DNA from: Clostridia bacterium
Lineage (GTDB): Bacteria > Bacillota > Clostridia > UBA1212 > UBA1255
Assembly: GCA_016287565.1 (NCBI GenBank)
Contig: JAEFAM010000001.1
Coordinates: forward strand, 6,947 to 70,946
Direction: 5' to 3'
Length of the DNA stretch: 64,000 nucleotides
Shown: positions 1 to 9,680 of the stretch, piece after piece
Position numbering within the stretch: the stretch's first letter is position 1
Layout: every line of letters starts with the position of its first letter
Notes under the pieces: model-generated
What the model was told of the DNA's origin: nothing
Seen by the model: the letters and a program-made list of their open reading frames with translations, nothing else
Database searches by the model: none
Made by a program: the position numbers and the translations under genes

Positions 1-639
1 TCGAACCTGCCAAACCGGATCGTATCCGTGATAAAAAACAGCGGCGCGGATGCCTTGCTCGTCGCCGGAGATCTTTTCTGCGACCATCTGTTCGACGAAG
101 ACGTGTACAATTCCCTTTACAATTCATTTTCAGCCGTTCCCGAGGTCAGTATCTTCATCTGCCCCGGAGCGTCTGACCCCTATATGCCGGATTCTCCCTA
201 CATCCTTAAAGACTGGCCCGAAAACGTGCATATCTTCAAGGGCAGGATGAAAGCTTTCGAGGTGGCGCCCGGCCGTTCGGAAGGTCCCGCCGTGAGAGTT
301 TACGGCATCGGAGCGGTGCGCCACAATCCCAAGGTGTTTCCTTTCGACCCGAACAGGCTTCCAAAGACAGACAAGGCGTTTCTCAACATATTGCTCTTAA
401 ACGGACTGCCCGAAGCGGCATTGACCGAGACCGGGGCCGCTGTCTTTAAGGACGGCGCGTTCGACGCGCTGGTATTCGGTTCGGCTGCGGCAGCTGAGTC
501 CGGGGCGCCGAACGGAGGCTTCGTCCCGGTCCCGCCTGCAGTTGACGCAGGGGGCGACGAAACGTTCACCGTATTGTCGGGGACGGTGGAAAAAGGCCGC
601 GTGTCTTTTACTACGGAGGTGATCCGCAATGATCCTTAA
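1..639 (+). CDS. SbcD/YhaO-like metallophosphoesterase, C-terminal ~212 codons (5' end outside window)
   Basis: Frame 1 is open from nt 1 (SNLPNRIVSVIKNSGADALLVAGDLFCD...), so the ORF-track GTG at 28 is internal. It has a GDLFxD-type phosphoesterase motif. It overlaps the downstream YhaN-like gene by 11 nt, as in yhaO-yhaN/sbcD-sbcC pairs. The expected GNHD motif reads CPGASD. Confidence 0.55.
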   Translation, partial: SNLPNRIVSVIKNSGADALLVAGDLFCDHLFDEDVYNSLYNSFSAVPEVSIFICPGASDPYMPDSPYILKDWPENVHIFKGRMKAFEVAPGRSEGPAVRVYGIGAVRHNPKVFPFDPNRLPKTDKAFLNILLLNGLPEAALTETGAAVFKDGAFDALVFGSAAAAESGAPNGGFVPVPPAVDAGGDETFTVLSGTVEKGRVSFTTEVIRNDP

Positions 640-2629
640 ATCTGTATACGTTTACGGGTTCGGAAAACTTGTCGACCGGTATTTTTCTTTTTCGGAAGGG
701 CTCAACATAGTTAAGGCCGGAGACGCGGCCGGGACCGTCGATCTGTTCGCCTTCGTGAAAGCCCTGCTGTGCGGGTTCGGAGAAGAACGGGACGGTGCGG
801 ACAATGCCGCCCTCGCCAAAGCCGGGGACCTGCCTCTGCGTTCCAAAGCGCGGACGGCTCCGGACAAACCCTTCGGCGGCGAGGCGGATATCGTTGACAA
901 CGGCAGCGAATATTTTGTCACGGCCAAATGGGGTGACAACAACGGCGAGGACCTGGTGACGGTGAAAAAAGCTGGAGGCGCGGCGGAAATATTGACCCCG
1001 GGCGAACCTCTTTGCAAACGGCTGTGGGACGTGGCTCCCTCCGAGGCGGCGCTGCTTCTGTTTATGCCTGCGGACAGCGGAGAAACGGCTAAAATGCTCG
1101 ATCTTTTCAGAGAACGCGCCGCGGGAGAGGCCGGCGAACCGGACCAGGCTGCCGCATGTTCCGACGCGGAAGACACACGTGAGACCCCCAAAAAAGCCGA
1201 CGGCCTGTCCGCCGAAATGGCGAAGGCGCGCCTGGAAGAGCTGAAAAACCAGCTGGCCGCAGTGGACAAGCTGGAAGAAAAGCTGGCCGACGCGGGCGAA
1301 AAGCTTAGAAAGGCCGAAAAAGAGCAAAACGAAATAAAAAGGTCCGTAAAACCGGGGCCCTGCGAAGAAGAGCGCGTTTCCCTGCGCAAAAAAAGCGACG
1401 ACGCGGAACGGATCGGCGCCATCCGGGCGGATGCGGAAGAACTGAGAGAAGAGATCGCCGACGAAGAAAAATACGTAAAAAAGCTCCACGCGCCCTGGCT
1501 CATACTTTTATGGATCCTGGCGGTGATGTCCGCGGCTGCCCTCGTGCTTCTGACGCTCTTCCCGAAAGACCTCCCCGCGGTGGGAGACATGCTGAAGACG
1601 CTGAGCCCCATCCGTTTTCCCCTGCTGATAGGCGCGGGCGTGGCGTTTATTTTGATCATCATCCTGATCGCGGCGGTGTCCGGCGCCTGGATGAAACGGC
1701 TCACGCTGCTGAAAGACGACCTGGAATTCAGGAAAAAGCAGCTTTCCGAACTGCTTTTCAACGATCTGAACGTCAACGGCGACGAAGACGAGTTTTTCGA
1801 GAACGTTGACAGGGAGCTGAACAAGCTGAGGGCGGAGGCGGACAAGGCGAAAGAGGCGTTGTCCGGGGCCGCGGGCAACGACGTCACGGCTAACGAGCCG
1901 GGCGCTTTGAACGCAGCAGGCGCGGTACGCAAACCGGGCGAAACTTCCTCCGGCCGCACGGCTCTGGCAGAAGCCTCCGACAAACGCGCCGCCGCGGAAG
2001 CGGAGCGCGACGCCTGCCTGGAACTCCTGCGGATGCTCGAGCCCTACCCCGTGCTGGCGGAAAAATGTTCCGAGCTCGAATCGTTCCTGGAAAGCGGCGA
2101 ATGCGGCGACGCCGGCGAAAAAGGCGAAGGCGCGCCTGCAGAGAAGCGAACGCCCGAACCGGCCAAACCGGCCGCAACCCTTGCAGCATCCGCGGCGCCC
2201 GCGGCTTCCGAAGCACGTGCAAAAGACGGCACATCCCGCATCGTCACCGCCGTAAACGGCGCGGCGCTCTCCGAAGCCATCCGTTCGAAGGCCGAAAGGC
2301 TGCTCCTGGAAATGACCTTCGGCAAGCGCGGCGGTTTGAAATTGTCCGAAAACATGGTCCCCTATATAGACGACAACGGCAGCGCCAGAGGCCTGGGCAG
2401 CTTCGACTCCGAAACCGTGTCCAAAGTGCTGTTGTCCCTGAAACTGGCCCAGTTGTCCGTATCCGCCGGAGAAGGACAGGACAAGGCCCTTGACCGCCCC
2501 GCCGGGCTCATGCTCCTCCAGGACGGCAGCCGCTGCGACATGAGCGGCACCTCCGCACTCTCGGCCGTGATCGACAACTTCGCCCGTTCCGGAGGAAGCG
2601 CCCTTCAGATCATCTGCGCCGGAGAATGA
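629..2629 (+). CDS. YhaN/SbcC-like coiled-coil, membrane-spanning protein with degenerate P-loop
   Basis: ATG at 629 is preceded by GGAGGTG. The N-terminus [16 protein letters not shown]... matches the YhaN/Rad50-type N-terminal fold. It has long charged coiled-coil segments and two hydrophobic helices ([37 protein letters not shown]). No GK[ST] Walker A occurs anywhere in the protein. Confidence 0.55.
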   Translation: MILKSVYVYGFGKLVDRYFSFSEGLNIVKAGDAAGTVDLFAFVKALLCGFGEERDGADNAALAKAGDLPLRSKARTAPDKPFGGEADIVDNGSEYFVTAKWGDNNGEDLVTVKKAGGAAEILTPGEPLCKRLWDVAPSEAALLLFMPADSGETAKMLDLFRERAAGEAGEPDQAAACSDAEDTRETPKKADGLSAEMAKARLEELKNQLAAVDKLEEKLADAGEKLRKAEKEQNEIKRSVKPGPCEEERVSLRKKSDDAERIGAIRADAEELREEIADEEKYVKKLHAPWLILLWILAVMSAAALVLLTLFPKDLPAVGDMLKTLSPIRFPLLIGAGVAFILIIILIAAVSGAWMKRLTLLKDDLEFRKKQLSELLFNDLNVNGDEDEFFENVDRELNKLRAEADKAKEALSGAAGNDVTANEPGALNAAGAVRKPGETSSGRTALAEASDKRAAAEAERDACLELLRMLEPYPVLAEKCSELESFLESGECGDAGEKGEGAPAEKRTPEPAKPAATLAASAAPAASEARAKDGTSRIVTAVNGAALSEAIRSKAERLLLEMTFGKRGGLKLSENMVPYIDDNGSARGLGSFDSETVSKVLLSLKLAQLSVSAGEGQDKALDRPAGLMLLQDGSRCDMSGTSALSAVIDNFARSGGSALQIICAGE

Positions 2630-2655
2630 GTTCCTCGGCGCAAAGCCCGCCGTAT

Positions 2656-2684
2656 TTGCCTGAATACCCGTTTTGTGCTATACT
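2656..2684 (+). promoter_or_regulatory. Candidate sigma-A promoter for pgi (TTGCCT-17 nt-TGcTATACT)
   Basis: -35 TTGCCT is at 2656-2661, followed by a 17-nt spacer ending in TGc, and -10 TATACT at 2679-2684. It lies about 50 nt upstream of the pgi start. Confidence 0.45.
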
Positions 2685-2736
2685 TGCATATACACAGAAC
2701 GGGTGTTTCGATAATAAAAGAAACCGGGAGATAAAA

Positions 2737-4080
2737 ATGAACAATACGGAAAATTTCATCAGATTCGATCACAGCCGCGCCGCGGATTTTCTTAAGCCCG
2801 CAGAGCTCGCCTGCCTCCAGGACGCCGTTACCGCGGCCCATTACAAGCTGCATTGCAAGACCGGCGCAGGAAGCGGATTCACAGGGTGGGTGGATCTGCC
2901 CGAGGAGTACGACAGAGAAGAATTCGCGCGTGTAAAAGAGTGCGCGAAAAAGATCCGCCGGGATTCCCAGCTGCTCATCGTCGTGGGCATCGGAGGCTCC
3001 TATTTAGGCGCCAAAGCCGCCGTGGAGCTCCTTTCGGACTCCTTCTACAATATCGGCAGGCTAACGGGCAATAAAGTCCCGGGCGCAGACGGCGACCCCG
3101 CCATCCTGTTCGCGGGCAACAGCCTCAGCTCCTCCTGCCTGGCCGACCTGGCGGACCTGATCGACCGTTACGACGTTTCGGTCAACGTCATTTCCAAGTC
3201 CGGCACCACCACCGAACCGGCCATCGCCTTCCGCGTCCTCAAAGCAAAAATGGAGCAGAAATACGGCAAAGCCGGCGCCGCAAAAAGGATCTACGCTACC
3301 ACCGACAAGGCCCGGGGCGCCCTTCGGCAGATGGCCGCGGAAGAAGGATACGAGACTTTCGTGATCCCGGACGACGTAGGAGGCCGCTATTCCGTATTGA
3401 CCCCCGTGGGGCTGCTCCCCATCGCCGCCTCCGGAGCGGATATCGACCGCCTGATGGAAGGCGCACAGGCAGCGCGCAAACGCTTCTCAGACCCCTCCAT
3501 TGACCGCAACGACTGCTACGCCTACGCCGCGGCCCGAAACGCGCTGTACAATAAAGGCAAGACCATAGAGATCCTCGTCAATTACGAACCTTCCCTCCAC
3601 TACCTCACCGAATGGTGGAAGCAGCTCTACGGAGAGAGCGAGGGCAAGGACGGCAAAGGCATCTTCCCCGCCGGCGTTGACTTCTCCACCGACCTCCATT
3701 CGATGGGACAGTACATCCAGGACGGCCGCCGCGACCTTTTCGAAACGGTGCTGCTGGTGGACCTCCCCCGCCGCAACGTGACCGTGGAGCCCGACGATGC
3801 CAACCTTGACGGCCTCAACTACCTTGCCGGAAAAGACGTGGATTTCGTCAACAAACAGGCCGCCGAGGGCACCTACCTCGCCCATCGCGACGGCGGTGTT
3901 CCCAACCTTTTCATCCGCGTTCCGGCGCTGGACGAGTTCAGCCTGGGCCAGACCGTGTATTTCTTCGAAAAAGCCTGCGGCATCAGCGGATATCTACTGG
4001 GCGTGAACCCCTTCGACCAGCCCGGCGTGGAAGCTTATAAGAAAAACATGTTCAGGCTCCTGGGCAAGCCGGGGTATTGA
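2737..4080 (+). CDS. pgi: Glucose-6-phosphate isomerase
   Basis: ATG at 2737 follows a GGGAG ribosome-binding site (RBS) at 2726-2730; the ORF-track start at 2626 is an unlikely extension. The protein has [22 protein letters not shown]-like SKSGTTTEP and [11 protein letters not shown] motifs typical of the short Firmicute PGI. Confidence 0.93.
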   Translation: MNNTENFIRFDHSRAADFLKPAELACLQDAVTAAHYKLHCKTGAGSGFTGWVDLPEEYDREEFARVKECAKKIRRDSQLLIVVGIGGSYLGAKAAVELLSDSFYNIGRLTGNKVPGADGDPAILFAGNSLSSSCLADLADLIDRYDVSVNVISKSGTTTEPAIAFRVLKAKMEQKYGKAGAAKRIYATTDKARGALRQMAAEEGYETFVIPDDVGGRYSVLTPVGLLPIAASGADIDRLMEGAQAARKRFSDPSIDRNDCYAYAAARNALYNKGKTIEILVNYEPSLHYLTEWWKQLYGESEGKDGKGIFPAGVDFSTDLHSMGQYIQDGRRDLFETVLLVDLPRRNVTVEPDDANLDGLNYLAGKDVDFVNKQAAEGTYLAHRDGGVPNLFIRVPALDEFSLGQTVYFFEKACGISGYLLGVNPFDQPGVEAYKKNMFRLLGKPGY

Positions 4081-4082
4081 CA

Positions 4083-4272
4083 ATAATTGCAAATTGAAAA
4101 TTGAAAATTGCAAATTGCAAATTGGATATTGAAAATGGCAAATTGAAAATTGAAAATTGGTAATTGGTAATTAAAAAATGAAAGCAGGAAAGGGATAATT
4201 ACAAATTGCAAATTGGAAATTGAAAATTGGAAATGAGGCGATTGTAATTTGCCATTTGCAATTTGCCATTTC
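4083..4272. repeat. AT-rich heptamer array (NAAATTG): 14 direct units, then 6 direct units, then 4 inverted units
   Basis: 4083-4180 holds 14 contiguous 7-mers: ataattg caaattg aaaattg aaaattg caaattg caaattg gatattg aaaatgg caaattg aaaattg aaaattg gtaattg gtaatta aaaaatg. 4195-4236 holds 6 more. 4245-4272 holds 4 units in reverse complement (taatttg ccatttg caatttg ccatttc). The array fills the pgi-moxR spacer. Confidence 0.9.
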
Positions 4273-4298
4273 CCATTAAACTAAAAAAGGACATTCGT

Positions 4299-5354
4299 AT
4301 GGAACAGAATAACGTCAATTACAACTTTACTTCGGCCGACCGCTCCGGGACTAGTGCCAACGCCAACGCCGCCGCCAACGCTAACGCCTCGGCTTCCGGC
4401 AGCGCCTCCGGCGCCAACGCGCCGGCCCGCGACTTCACTGTGGTCAACGCCATCATCGAAAATATTTCCCGCCACTACTCCGGCAACCGCCGCGGCGTGC
4501 TCCTCACCATTGCCGCCCTGCTTTCCGGCGGCCACCTGCTGCTGGAAGACGTGCCCGGCGTAGGCAAGACCACGCTGGCCAAGGCATTGACCGGCAGCAT
4601 CAACGGCAGGTTCAAGCGCGTATCGCTGACGCCTGACGTCCTGCCATCGGACCTGACGGGCTTTTCCGTGTACAACCGCAAGACCGAAGCTTTCGAATTC
4701 AAGAAGGGCGCCCTGGACTGCAACTTCCTTCTGGCGGACGAGATCAACCGTACCTCGCCGAAGACCCAGTCCAGCCTTCTGGAAGCGATGCAGGAAGAAA
4801 AAGTCTCCGTGGAAGGGATCACCTACGAGCTCCCGCAGCCTTTTATGGTGATCGCCACCCAGAACCCGGTGGAACTGGCCGGGACCTACCCTCTCCCGGA
4901 AGCGCAGCTTGACCGTTTCCTGATGAAACTGTCGCTGGGATACCCCGGAAGAGAAGAAGAAAAATACGTTATCGCCCGGGGCGCCTCCGTACGGCGGGAT
5001 CCCGACGTAAAAGCGGTGGCAAGCTGCGAAGACGTTGTCCGCCTTCAGGAGACCGTCAACGGCATCTACCTTTCGGACGCAGTGACCGGCTACATATTAA
5101 GGATCCTGGAAGCCACCCGCAGCAACTCCGAGATCACCCTGGGCCTCAGCCCCAGAGCAGGCATCTCTCTGGCCAAGGCCTCCAAAGCCCTGGCGTTCAT
5201 GTCCGGGCGCAACTACGTGCTCCCCGACGACGTAAAACAGCTGCTGGTGCCCGTCTGCGCCCACCGCCTGATGCTCGGGAGAGACACCAGGGCCTCCGGC
5301 GTTTCGGCGGAAGAACTCCTGTATTCTATCCTCAAAACAGTGTCCGTAGAATAA
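4299..5354 (+). CDS. MoxR-family AAA+ ATPase
   Basis: ATG at 4299 lies 7 nt after AAGGA. It has Walker A GVPGVGKTTLAKAL, Walker B LLADEINRTSPKTQSSLLEAMQE, and an N-terminal Ala/Asn/Ser low-complexity stretch. Confidence 0.9.
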   Translation: MEQNNVNYNFTSADRSGTSANANAAANANASASGSASGANAPARDFTVVNAIIENISRHYSGNRRGVLLTIAALLSGGHLLLEDVPGVGKTTLAKALTGSINGRFKRVSLTPDVLPSDLTGFSVYNRKTEAFEFKKGALDCNFLLADEINRTSPKTQSSLLEAMQEEKVSVEGITYELPQPFMVIATQNPVELAGTYPLPEAQLDRFLMKLSLGYPGREEEKYVIARGASVRRDPDVKAVASCEDVVRLQETVNGIYLSDAVTGYILRILEATRSNSEITLGLSPRAGISLAKASKALAFMSGRNYVLPDDVKQLLVPVCAHRLMLGRDTRASGVSAEELLYSILKTVSVE

Positions 5355-5361
5355 CGCGACA

Positions 5362-6828
5362 ATGAAACGGAACAGTCAGAAAAAACGAACCACGGCAACG
5401 GCGCGCCGGGAAGACCCCTTGAGAGCTTACCGGTTCACGACCGTATTGCGCCACGTGCTCTCGGCGCTTTACGGCATACTCCTGGGCTACGCCATCATGG
5501 ACGGAAACCGTACCGTCAATTTCTTCGTTATCTTTCTGACCGTTATCTTCGCGTACATATCCATAAAGAGCCTCTGCGGCCGTTTCCTGGTCAAGATAAA
5601 GCTGGAAGCCCCCGAAAACGACCTTGTCAGGGACAAGCCTTCCCTTGCGACGGCGCGCATCAGGAACTACACGCCTTTTTTCTACCCCGTAAGCTATTTT
5701 CTCGTAAAAGACAGCCTCAATCCCGACGGCCAGAGGATCTTTTTCTTTCTCAGGCCCTTCGCAAAGCTCACTAAACAATTCTCTTTCACAGTGGATCATT
5801 GCGGCATCTATCCCTTAAAAGCTTCGGTGCTGCACCTGTCCTCTGCGGGAGGCATGATCTGGGTCAGGGCGTTCATCGGCAAAAAGAACGTGTCCCCGGT
5901 CTCCGTGATACCTGAGATATGTCCGGCAACCGTGGCTCCCGAGTCCGCGGAAGGCACCGGCGGCACCGTTACCGCGCAGAAATTCTCCCAGTCCCCCACC
6001 GATTCAGTTTTCCTGCGTCAATACCAGCCCGGCGACGATCCGCGCTACATCCACTGGAAGCGCTCCGCCGCCAGAGAAGACTGGCTGCTCAAGGACTTCT
6101 ACCGGGAGGGGGAGCGAAAATTCATCGTGCTCCTGGACGCCCGGCTGCCGGGAGGCCTTTCCAGGAACAAGGTTGGGGACAAGGAGCCTTTTATGCCCGG
6201 GGAGGACGAGGGGGAACTCTACAAGGCGGACCGGGTCTGCGCCGCGGCAACGGCCATCTGCGCCTCTCTGTTCGTTGACGAAACGCCTTTTTCTTTCGTT
6301 TGCCCGGACCCGAAAGCCATAGGAGACGAACCGTCGCTTGACGCTGTCCCCTGCGAGTCTAACGTCGACCTGCTGAAAGCGCGCAGGCTGGCGGGCACCG
6401 TGGACTTCCTGCCCTGCGAGACCAACCCAGTCGAAGACGCCAGACTGCCTTCCTACGTGCGCACCGCGTTGTCCATGGGCGACGAAAGCGTGACCATAAT
6501 ACGCGTCTCGGCCAAGTCGGCGCTGGGGAAAACGGTGGAATCGAGCTTCTTGAAAAGGATCGCGGAGCTGTTGTCCCAGGCGAAAGAAAACAAAGAAGGC
6601 TCCGATCCGGCTGCTTTCCCATACGAAATTGACGGCGTCAGCGAATCCGCCGGAACTGCCGGCGACGATATGATCTCCCGGGAAGCCTCCGGCCCGTACC
6701 CCTCTTCAGGCGGCTCCGACCGGCGCCGCAGGCTGGGCAATATCTCCATCGAGGGCTTCCGTGATACGGAGTTCTACGGCGAAGAGTTCCCCGGCGCCTA
6801 TCTGATATCGGCGGAGGTCAACGTATGA
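5362..6828 (+). CDS. DUF58-family protein (MoxR partner)
   Basis: It has the YQPGDDPRYIHWKRSA signature and N-terminal hydrophobic helices. It lies directly after moxR and overlaps the next gene in an ATGA junction. Confidence 0.8.
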   Translation: MKRNSQKKRTTATARREDPLRAYRFTTVLRHVLSALYGILLGYAIMDGNRTVNFFVIFLTVIFAYISIKSLCGRFLVKIKLEAPENDLVRDKPSLATARIRNYTPFFYPVSYFLVKDSLNPDGQRIFFFLRPFAKLTKQFSFTVDHCGIYPLKASVLHLSSAGGMIWVRAFIGKKNVSPVSVIPEICPATVAPESAEGTGGTVTAQKFSQSPTDSVFLRQYQPGDDPRYIHWKRSAAREDWLLKDFYREGERKFIVLLDARLPGGLSRNKVGDKEPFMPGEDEGELYKADRVCAAATAICASLFVDETPFSFVCPDPKAIGDEPSLDAVPCESNVDLLKARRLAGTVDFLPCETNPVEDARLPSYVRTALSMGDESVTIIRVSAKSALGKTVESSFLKRIAELLSQAKENKEGSDPAAFPYEIDGVSESAGTAGDDMISREASGPYPSSGGSDRRRRLGNISIEGFRDTEFYGEEFPGAYLISAEVNV

Positions 6829-9665
6829 AAAAAAGTACTTCCTCCGTTCTCTTTAGCATATTGCGATTCCTGGCGGACCTGCTCCACGCCTGGCTGCTTT
6901 CCGCCTCCGCCACCGTCATATTCGTGTCCGTGCTGGAAGCGAGCATATCCCGCACGGCAGCGCTCGTCTTCTGTCTCTCCCTATGCCTGTTCCTGCTGCT
7001 CTTTATGAAGAGCAGGATCTTCCGGCTGCTGCTGTTGTTCGCGCTGGGCCTGGCGGCGCTGTTCTTTATTTTCACGTTCTGCGTGGCGCTGTTCACCCAT
7101 TCCACCAAGGCGTTCCTGGAGACCGTGGGAGGGTTCTTCGCGTCCATCGGAGAAAGCTTCGACATAGTTGTCCTGGCGCCTTATATAGTAGGGCTGGCGG
7201 CGTCGATGCTGGCCTGCCTGATCGTGCTCCACGGCAAGCGGTTCGTATACCTGTACGCCATCATCCCCTGCATTGCCATGATCATCCTCTCCCTGTTCGG
7301 CGCGTCCTTCCCGCCCTTCGCCATGCTGGCGTTCTGCGTTGCCGCGGCGGTACTGGTGATGAGGAGGAAATTCGGCTGGTTCAGGTCGCTGCTCGAACCC
7401 TGGCCCGAGGCGGGAGCGGATATCAACGGTGAAAATGACGCCGAAGAGCTCATAGAGCTGGGAGATAACGAAGATCTCGAGAAGCTTTTGCGAAGAAGTT
7501 CCGTAAGGTCATACAGCCGCGGCAAATTCTCTTCCGTGCGCAAAACTTCCGGCTACCCCAACCTGCTGCTCCGGGCCGGATGCCTGCTTCTTTTCGCGCT
7601 GCTCCTGTGCCTCATCCTGCGGCCGGATCCCCCAGGCGGACCGCTGCTGGGCGAGGACGTCAGCAAAAACATAGAGATAGGCTTCCAGAACCTGCTGGAA
7701 TCCAACGATTTCCTGCGCAGGCTGTTCGGCGTGGAAGACCCCGACGGCACGCGGCACAACACCAGATCCCGGGGCAGTTTCGGCAATCTGGGGGGCAACA
7801 ACGAGTCCGGCAACGAACCCATCCTCCTGGTGAAGACGGACCGCGCCGACGTGTACCTGCGGGGCTACACGTACAACGACTACAAGATCAATTCATGGGC
7901 CCAGGACCCCCTGGACTCCGCAGAATCGCCGTTGTCCGCCTCCCGCGCCGTGTCTTCGCCACTTGCCGCCGCCTACGTGATGGTGCCCTACGCCGCGCAG
8001 GAACGGACGCTTGCCCCCTTCGTTTATTATGAAGATCAGTACAGGGAGCGGCTGAAGTCGATCGATCCCGCGCTGACCGGCTACAAGTCGCTGGTGGTGC
8101 AGTACGTTGACCCCTACGACGCCCGGTTCGGATTTTTCATCCCCGCCGGCGCCAGATCGATGCGATTTTACGATGCCGACCTGAACTTCTACACCACGCC
8201 CAGCGAGCTCCATCTGCGCTTTACAGAAGGCAGGAGCGTGCTTTACACCGCCAATTCTCCCAACAAATGGACGCTTTACGAAGTCACTTACGTAGATAAT
8301 TCCGAGGAACTGATCGAAGCGCTGGAGCTTTATGACGTCTGCAGGCCCGGCTATTACAAAAAGATATTCCCGGATGCCGATACGCCGGTCTACAGCTCAT
8401 ACTGGGGCGGGTTCAACAATTTCGCGCAGTATGCCGAAGAGGTCGAAAAAGAGTACACCCGTCTGCCTGTCTCCATCTCGGACCGGGTGCGGAACCTGGC
8501 GCTGGAGCTCACGAAGGACTATGACGACGACTGGCACAAGGCCAACGCCATCAAGAACTACCTGCTGTCCGGCAAGTACAAGTATAATCTGCGCCCGGGC
8601 AACGTCCCCAAGGGACGCGAGATCGTCGACTACTTCCTTTTCGACAAACCCGAGGGCTACTGCACGTATTTCGCTACGGCAATGACGGTGCTGGCCAGGG
8701 CCGCGGGCATTCCCGCCCGGTACGTGGAAGGCTTCTATCTGGGCAGCGACAGCCTGACACAGGACAACATCTACACGTTGACCGAGAGCAGCCTCCACGC
8801 CTGGTGCGAGATATACATGGAAGGCCTGGGGTTCGTTACCATAGAGGCCACCGCGGGCTTCTCCTCCGCGTACGAGCCCGGAATGCCTGCCACCGCAAGG
8901 CCCACCGCCTCTCCGACTCCCGCCGCGACTCCCACGCCTACCGAAGCGCCTCCCACCGTAGAGCCTACCGGGGAACCCACTCCTCCGGAAGAGACTCCCG
9001 GCGCCTCCGGGGAGCCCACAGTTCCTCCCACCGCGGTACTCACGCCGGAGCCTACAAAGGGGCCTGACGTCGAGCGGGACTTCCCTTCTGGGGCAATAAA
9101 AATCTTGATTATTTGCTTCGCGGCGGCTATACTTATTTTCGGTATACTGCTTCTGGTCAACTGGCTGGCGGGACGGAGACCGGGCCGGGCCGGCGATCTC
9201 AGGCAACGCATTTCTTCCATATACAGGCAGTCGGCGGCATTGACCGGCATGCTGGGGAGAAAGCGGGACCCGGCGGAGACGCCCAGGGAGTACGCGGAGG
9301 CTCTTGAAGTATACAGATACGACGTAAAAGAGAGATTGCCCGGTGACGTGGTGGACGCGTTCGGGAAATTGACCGGAATATATGAAAACAGCGTTTACAA
9401 CAGGCCCGGGGACGCCGAAAAGCTGCTGGCGGAGGCCAACGGCTGCTGGGACGACATATCGGCCGCGTTGACGGAGCGGTACGGAAAACTCAGGACCAAA
9501 CGGCTGATGCTGTTGTCCGCGGCAAAGGCGGGGCAGCAGAAAAACGCCGCCGACGAGGTCGCGGCCGCAGGCACGGGCGCGGACGGTATCGATCCGGACG
9601 GGGCAAACGCGGACGACGCCGCTCCGGACGAACGGAGCCCCGGGGCGGGAGAGGAACAGAAATAA
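6825..9665 (+). CDS. Polytopic membrane transglutaminase-like protein with Pro/Thr-rich linker
   Basis: It has multiple N-terminal transmembrane (TM) helices. The transglutaminase core reads EGYCTYFATAMTVLARAAGIPARYVEGF ... SLHAWCEIY ... GFVTIEAT. A PT-rich linker and a C-terminal TM helix plus tail follow. It is the third member of the common MoxR-DUF58-TGase triad. Confidence 0.85.
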   Translation: MKKSTSSVLFSILRFLADLLHAWLLSASATVIFVSVLEASISRTAALVFCLSLCLFLLLFMKSRIFRLLLLFALGLAALFFIFTFCVALFTHSTKAFLETVGGFFASIGESFDIVVLAPYIVGLAASMLACLIVLHGKRFVYLYAIIPCIAMIILSLFGASFPPFAMLAFCVAAAVLVMRRKFGWFRSLLEPWPEAGADINGENDAEELIELGDNEDLEKLLRRSSVRSYSRGKFSSVRKTSGYPNLLLRAGCLLLFALLLCLILRPDPPGGPLLGEDVSKNIEIGFQNLLESNDFLRRLFGVEDPDGTRHNTRSRGSFGNLGGNNESGNEPILLVKTDRADVYLRGYTYNDYKINSWAQDPLDSAESPLSASRAVSSPLAAAYVMVPYAAQERTLAPFVYYEDQYRERLKSIDPALTGYKSLVVQYVDPYDARFGFFIPAGARSMRFYDADLNFYTTPSELHLRFTEGRSVLYTANSPNKWTLYEVTYVDNSEELIEALELYDVCRPGYYKKIFPDADTPVYSSYWGGFNNFAQYAEEVEKEYTRLPVSISDRVRNLALELTKDYDDDWHKANAIKNYLLSGKYKYNLRPGNVPKGREIVDYFLFDKPEGYCTYFATAMTVLARAAGIPARYVEGFYLGSDSLTQDNIYTLTESSLHAWCEIYMEGLGFVTIEATAGFSSAYEPGMPATARPTASPTPAATPTPTEAPPTVEPTGEPTPPEETPGASGEPTVPPTAVLTPEPTKGPDVERDFPSGAIKILIICFAAAILIFGILLLVNWLAGRRPGRAGDLRQRISSIYRQSAALTGMLGRKRDPAETPREYAEALEVYRYDVKERLPGDVVDAFGKLTGIYENSVYNRPGDAEKLLAEANGCWDDISAALTERYGKLRTKRLMLLSAAKAGQQKNAADEVAAAGTGADGIDPDGANADDAAPDERSPGAGEEQK

Positions 9666-9680
9666 GAAGGTGTGGATGCC

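Noticed and set aside
611-1983. 292-aa and 443-aa minus-strand ORFs (611-1489 and 652-1983)
   Set aside because: They are antisense to the YhaN-like gene and low-complexity Ser/Ala/Arg-rich. The plus-strand frame carries the family N-terminus, coiled coils and an RBS.
2626-2736. N-terminal extensions offered by the ORF track (pgi 2626; also yidC 31705, noc-like 25627, SIS 58093, trehalase-like 63424, ogg 19930, cotH 9672)
   Set aside because: In each case an internal ATG has a better-placed RBS. That start gives a family-typical N-terminus and removes an overlap with the upstream gene or with a promoter element.
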